This document shows positions 23,701-26,859 of a stretch of 26,859 nucleotides of DNA, in pieces. Each line of letters starts with the position of its first letter. The first letter of the stretch is position 1. The position numbers and the translations under genes are program-made. Source of the DNA: a virus. Its lineage: Duplodnaviria; Caudoviricetes. The notes under the pieces were generated by a model. It was given only the letters and a program-made list of their open reading frames with translations, did not search any database and was not told the origin of the DNA. The stretch spans positions 1 to 26,859 of the IMG/VR virus record IMGVR_UViG_3300042366_001597; one strand, written 5' to 3'.

Positions 23701-25445
23701 CGATTGCGGGCCTAAACCGATGGAGGCAGGCGCAACGCCTTATCAGTGCTGGGACCGGAACGATCACGATCTATGTCAAGCCTGGCACCACTGATCGAAG
23801 TCTCAACCAGATGTTTGATAGGCCGCCCACTGAGCCCGAGTTTGCGATTCCAACACTGGCGAGGGCCTCGGAGTATGCCAATGCGGTAATTGGTGGCAGC
23901 AACCAAACTGCCATCATATTGATGCCCCCAGGGCTCTACAACCCGGCTTCTGTGTGGGAATGCAATGTGCGTTTTGAGCTTAGAGACGATTCGCAGCCGG
24001 GCTGGCCGCGAATTTTCCAAAGCTCATTTGCCGGCAATGCTAATACCGAAAATGACTACTTTGATGGCAGTGGATATGGAAGCCTGACGACCAGAGTCAA
24101 CTTCAATCCCTTCTATCTTACGTTGCGAGAATCGAATCAATCTGGCAACGATCTTCAGGTTGGCGTTCTTTCGTACACCATGCTGTTTAAGCGTAGTGTC
24201 GAGTTTCTTGGTGGATTCAACTTCCTCGGCATTCCACACTTGATTCGTGCTGTTGCCAATGAGCAATTGCCGTCGAGTCAATTCATGGTGTTTGGTAGCG
24301 TAGCTCTGCCAGCAACGGCCTATACCACAACACTGGTCGGGGATGAGTCAACCGAGAATAACGTAGAAACATTTTTGCGTATCTTGCGAAGTCGGAATGG
24401 TCGCAACCCCGCCTTTGAGGCCTTCGTAAGCGGCTCGCCAATTCAGTTAGACGGTGGCCCTAGTGATACTGCTGTTATCAGTGATTGTTGTTTTGGCTCA
24501 ATTTTGCCAACACGCAAAGAATTGCTTGGCGCAGTTCGCGATCCATATATTGCAACAAACGGGCTTGTCGAGCTGAAAGTGTCCAATGTTTATATTGTCG
24601 GGGCTACCGAGATTCGTAGCGACCGTATTCAGGTCACAAATAACTTACCGGGCGCTGATCGCACGCATTACGGAAGTGCGGTGATTCCCGCGCCATGGAC
24701 GTGGCGGCAAACCCACCATACGTTTATTGGGCCATCCGATAACGGCAATCGCTCCGTGTACATCAAAGAACTGGGCGGTAGTGTTTTCTATCAGCAAACG
24801 GGATCACCGTTTAGCAGGATTTTCTATAAATCTGGAAACAAATATTTGCCAAACCATATTCACCTGCTTACCATTAACGGAACCGAACCAAGCAACGACA
24901 ACACTGGTCCATTTTTTGATCAATTTATTCACGCCCCCAACGGCTTTAAGTGTGACATTGCCTTTAGTCGTGGCGATGGCTTTGCCAGTGATACCACCGG
25001 ACCATTTAGCCGTGGCTTTGTTGGTCGTTTTGGGCGAAGTATTTGGACTGCCGACCCCGGCTATCTTCCCCCGAAGACGCGAGGCGTGCTCCTTGGAAAC
25101 CAGGGCAATTTTGATGAAGAGCGCGGCGCTACTGTTCAGCTAGAAGTTGAAACACGTACCGTGCGACTGCCTGGCGAACTGGCTTACACAATTTTCAAAG
25201 CCGCTGGTGCCAGCGTAGACAACATTCAAAGCTTTATGCCACGTTACTCACCAGCGCAAAACGCTTCTTTTGGTGAGCCAACTCCGGTGGGCGCCAGCAA
25301 TAAGAAGTACAATCCGGTTATTACCGAAGCCGCTCAGGCAGTAGCTGCCAATACCCAGTTCCCCTTGAACATGGGATTGCGCAGTTATGTGCGCGGCATC
25401 AGCCCCGAGCACGGTTTTAACATTACTCCAAACGCTATTCTTTGA
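20727..25445 (+). CDS. Large tailspike-like protein (pectin-lyase-like beta-helix regions plus CBM5/12-like module)
   Basis: 1572 aa. LYVNPYIGSD...PFKTINRA...GGVLLPRGCSLCGPDLRKTTIRP...SPYIFNCSIRS is a beta-helix start typical of cyanophage spike proteins. YRRGTVVTYAGKHWQA...W resembles a chitin-binding type 3 module. Confidence 0.7.
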   Translation: MARIKLAGEEASLNASPSVQQFRDQIGALVDALRQLGGDANIVAGALEQADPFSSPFTLYVNPYIGSDKFVGGSYNSHESGDTDEEIIASKLKRIEMQRMTCGYTPYRPFKTINRAAIEAAIITSKNWYTYTDPRAHLDCVSIVLASGVHILYSDPGLSDANIESWGDEKDPSISDLIEFNPPVTGGVLLPRGCSLCGPDLRKTTIRPNWVPAFADEQANYANRCAAIKVTGTGYFFGYTGMDKLGYKESHHLLDLHGPASKAELDLFYEKCQAAVGEGADLASALLRTRSTEHEIVGPIVAGQLPNSAWDTTASASPYIFNCSIRSDYGMGGAFWDGDKVNGLKSMVCANFTGVSLQKDMRCWQLYENNGWVSLTNTPGDYQRYINASPDNVRMNPGRLSRHVSAVNDAFIQKVSVFAIGHGVMTFVDNGGEVDCNLGNSNFGGCAAVAKGYKRFAYPQDKNWSVGRIRVPLDPGEKRGNIRRVQLGVVDSINGSRIILSTPLSTDEGNEAVPAVLAREGYTLPSGTKIWIENPAGADWRADLSTSAWNAGTPDRINLSTGLVDSESGQSISADAAVGKRVYVRRLVDTRTPSERRISVVINNSASARLPERGFALQTDPSRTSGNVVRELQPGGSECITISGAGVGPSPGPGVSKTAEITLRRAVAENIYTNGAFYRRGTVVTYAGKHWQALRDFIATTPTPDQRDWGETFVHMQSDYNPEDQQSAESPILIFDTDTDNSSNTQTCGINWATVWTTSGLIQQQYRTGSDYLGVYAFLVALGFTGTDAHQALVPRSASSRDRSPANATHFPVQPSGGAASGRGFWAIEFRRPSILSLNQHTWKWAGHLNYSKALPAAQNTLGPQNKFSYYFTNEAGGRVVPQGANEEGFNVSPRGLEDIETGATLSVDAIGNSTLDESREADFPNGLTASSITVRDLTITNSVSFPQISAALVDRLGPVSLASIEDLTAIGSDAPVASDDNSLNQRPEVVTIAGLNRWRQAQRLISAGTGTITIYVKPGTTDRSLNQMFDRPPTEPEFAIPTLARASEYANAVIGGSNQTAIILMPPGLYNPASVWECNVRFELRDDSQPGWPRIFQSSFAGNANTENDYFDGSGYGSLTTRVNFNPFYLTLRESNQSGNDLQVGVLSYTMLFKRSVEFLGGFNFLGIPHLIRAVANEQLPSSQFMVFGSVALPATAYTTTLVGDESTENNVETFLRILRSRNGRNPAFEAFVSGSPIQLDGGPSDTAVISDCCFGSILPTRKELLGAVRDPYIATNGLVELKVSNVYIVGATEIRSDRIQVTNNLPGADRTHYGSAVIPAPWTWRQTHHTFIGPSDNGNRSVYIKELGGSVFYQQTGSPFSRIFYKSGNKYLPNHIHLLTINGTEPSNDNTGPFFDQFIHAPNGFKCDIAFSRGDGFASDTTGPFSRGFVGRFGRSIWTADPGYLPPKTRGVLLGNQGNFDEERGATVQLEVETRTVRLPGELAYTIFKAAGASVDNIQSFMPRYSPAQNASFGEPTPVGASNKKYNPVITEAAQAVAANTQFPLNMGLRSYVRGISPEHGFNITPNAIL

Positions 25446-25446
25446 C

Positions 25447-25623
25447 ATGCTTCCTTCCGACCCTGGTTACACTCCTGCTGCACGCGATAAACGCATCGCC
25501 AACAGTTCTTTTTATCAGCAGTTGCTTAGACTGGACATGGATCCCTATGCCGCCCACTCGCGAAACGAATCATTGATTGCCATGGTTGAAGAATACTCTG
25601 CAGTGGAGCAACCTAAGCCATGA
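25447..25623 (+). CDS. Small hypothetical protein (58 aa)
   Basis: ATG 1 nt after the spike stop: MLPSDPGYTPAARDKRIANSSFYQQLLRLDMDPYAAHSRNESLIAMVEEYSAVEQPKP*. It fills the gap exactly and has an ATGA overlap with the next gene. Confidence 0.65.
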   Translation: MLPSDPGYTPAARDKRIANSSFYQQLLRLDMDPYAAHSRNESLIAMVEEYSAVEQPKP

Positions 25624-26003
25624 GCGAGCTCCCTCAACTTTCTCAATTGCCAGCGGTACTGGAGCCATTTATTGTATTGCGCAATTCTACCTTCAGGAAG
25701 CGCTTTATTGTTTCGGTAGGTGGCAGCGAAATCGACCTAACGGAAGAAGGCGTTGTGGTTGATGCAGACATTAAAAATGCTGCGGGTGAGCAAGTCGGGA
25801 CTTTCACTGTCGCCCTGCCAGAAATTGAGGGCACGCCAGTACCTGGCATGTTTGATCTCGAATTGACGCCAATCGAATCACTGATGCTTCCGGTTGGCAG
25901 CAATCATAAAACCGATATTAGTATCACCAAGTCAAATGGCGATCGGTTTTATTACGCCACTGCACCGCTTCAAGTTCGAGAAACTGTTTCCAGGAACAAC
26001 TAA
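25620..26003 (+). CDS. Putative fibre-attachment adaptor (BppU N-terminal-like), paralogue of 4308..4649
   Basis: 127 aa: VLRNSTFRKRF...IDLT...DADIKN...FTV...GMFDLELTP..S..LP...TDISIT...FYY...LQVRETVSR. Confidence 0.6.
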   Translation: MSELPQLSQLPAVLEPFIVLRNSTFRKRFIVSVGGSEIDLTEEGVVVDADIKNAAGEQVGTFTVALPEIEGTPVPGMFDLELTPIESLMLPVGSNHKTDISITKSNGDRFYYATAPLQVRETVSRNN

Positions 26004-26859
26004 TGTCATCCACCGCATCCCAGGTTGAGCTTTCTGTCATCGAAGTTGACGGCGTTCAGGTAACAGTGCTTGATGCGCCAGCTGCGCAGGTCGCCGTGTT
26101 TGGCACTGGAGACCCTTCGCTGAGCACGGCCAGCCCTCAGCCGCTTGGCACGGCTGCACCGGGCACCACGGGCCAGGGAGCGGACGCAGGGCATGTTCAC
26201 GCTCACGGCAACCAAGGGGGCGGCCTGCAGCACGCAGCCGCCACTGGGGACACTGCGGGCTTTATGCCCAGCACCATGTTCAACCTTTTGGATGGGGCCA
26301 CGGCGACCAGCAGTAGTGGCACCCTGATGCGCAGGGACCAAAGTGGCAACGTGGAGGCCAATACGTTCGAGGGGGACCTGTCGGGCAATGCCGATACTGC
26401 TACGAAGCTGGCCACTGCTCGCTTGATTAATGGCGTGTCTTTCGATGGCACCGAAGACATAACGCTACCTGGCACGGAAATCGAGACGATCACCTTTGAC
26501 GATTCTGGATCCGGCGCCGCCCCCGATTCCGAGTTCGATGGCTCTCAGGCTTTGACGATTAGCCGAAACACCATTGGCGCTCCAGGGCTGACTGGTGAAG
26601 ATGCTTCGGGTAGCTGGGACATTGATATAACTGGCAATGCCGCAACCGCCAGCCAGCTTGAAACGGGCCGCCTTATCAATGGCGTTGAGTTTGACGGCAC
26701 GGAGAACATCCAGGTTGAGGCCATTTCCCCTGAATCGATAACCTTTGACGACACCGGAAGTGGCGCCAATCCAGGCTCTAGCTATGACGGATCAGCTCCT
26801 CGTGCGATTAGCTACAACTCAGTTGGGGCGCCTGGGGTCGATGGCGATGGAGCGACCGG
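26003..26859 (+). CDS. Tail fibre protein (3'-truncated, not in ORF track)
   Basis: TAATG coupling; open to the window end. MSSTASQVELSVIEVDGVQVTVLD...HVHAHG...GNADTATKLATARLINGVSFDGTEDITL...GNAATASQLETGRLINGVEFDGTENIQV contains classical phage tail-fibre repeats. Confidence 0.85.
   Translation, partial: MSSTASQVELSVIEVDGVQVTVLDAPAAQVAVFGTGDPSLSTASPQPLGTAAPGTTGQGADAGHVHAHGNQGGGLQHAAATGDTAGFMPSTMFNLLDGATATSSSGTLMRRDQSGNVEANTFEGDLSGNADTATKLATARLINGVSFDGTEDITLPGTEIETITFDDSGSGAAPDSEFDGSQALTISRNTIGAPGLTGEDASGSWDIDITGNAATASQLETGRLINGVEFDGTENIQVEAISPESITFDDTGSGANPGSSYDGSAPRAISYNSVGAPGVDGDGAT
26384..26859 (+). repeat. 83-aa (249-bp) tandem tail-fibre repeat
   Basis: Units begin GGCAATGCC at 26384 and 26633. 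Each encodes GNAxTAxxL...LINGVxFDGT...ITFDDxGSGA...DGS...ISxNxxGAPG. Confidence 0.85.

Noticed and set aside
25387-25446. Upstream start of the 78-aa ORF 25387..25623
   Set aside because: It would overlap the spike gene by 59 nt, whereas ATG 25447 directly follows the spike stop and fits the coupling pattern.
703-26769. Numerous minus-strand and alternate-frame ORFs in the ORF track (e.g. 6063..6596, 16641..17114, 22545..23096, 22930..23445)
   Set aside because: They are almost all nested in long, coupled + strand structural genes, have no recognisable motifs, and are best explained as shadow ORFs.
1-26859. CRISPR array, tRNA/rRNA genes, IS elements, introns or inteins
   Set aside because: No regularly spaced repeats, RNA-gene signatures, or transposase, homing endonuclease or intein motifs were recognised by eye.

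Overview
All supported genes are on the + strand. The window is the late (virion/tail morphogenesis) module of a long-tailed dsDNA phage or prophage with a siphovirus-like, lambda-type tail. Protein motifs suggest a cyanophage-like lineage, but the host is inferred only. Gene order: major tail tube protein (5'-truncated); terminator; a ~4.4-kb inserted cluster of fibre/decoration and small accessory genes; tail assembly chaperone pair; terminator; 2789-aa tape measure protein; gpL-like, NlpC/P60 (gpK-like), gpJ-like and gpM/Dit-like tail-tip genes; two further tail-tube-fold paralogues; a 1572-aa beta-helix tailspike-like protein; an adaptor; and a 3'-truncated repeat-containing tail fibre. 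Most notable observations: (1) the chaperone extension lies in the +1 frame, and stop codons confine any shift to CTG-AAA-AGC-AGC, i.e. a putative +1 frameshift rather than the canonical -1, with a strong downstream hairpin; (2) a TAGnnT motif recurs 21-28 nt upstream of the first gene in all five large intergenic gaps; (3) a 383-bp gene cassette is flanked by a 15-bp direct repeat containing an RBS and ATG; (4) a mosaic head-fibre-like gene has AT-rich modules bounded by DNA-identical anchors exactly 600 bp apart. No RNA genes, CRISPR arrays, transposases or reverse transcriptase were recognised.
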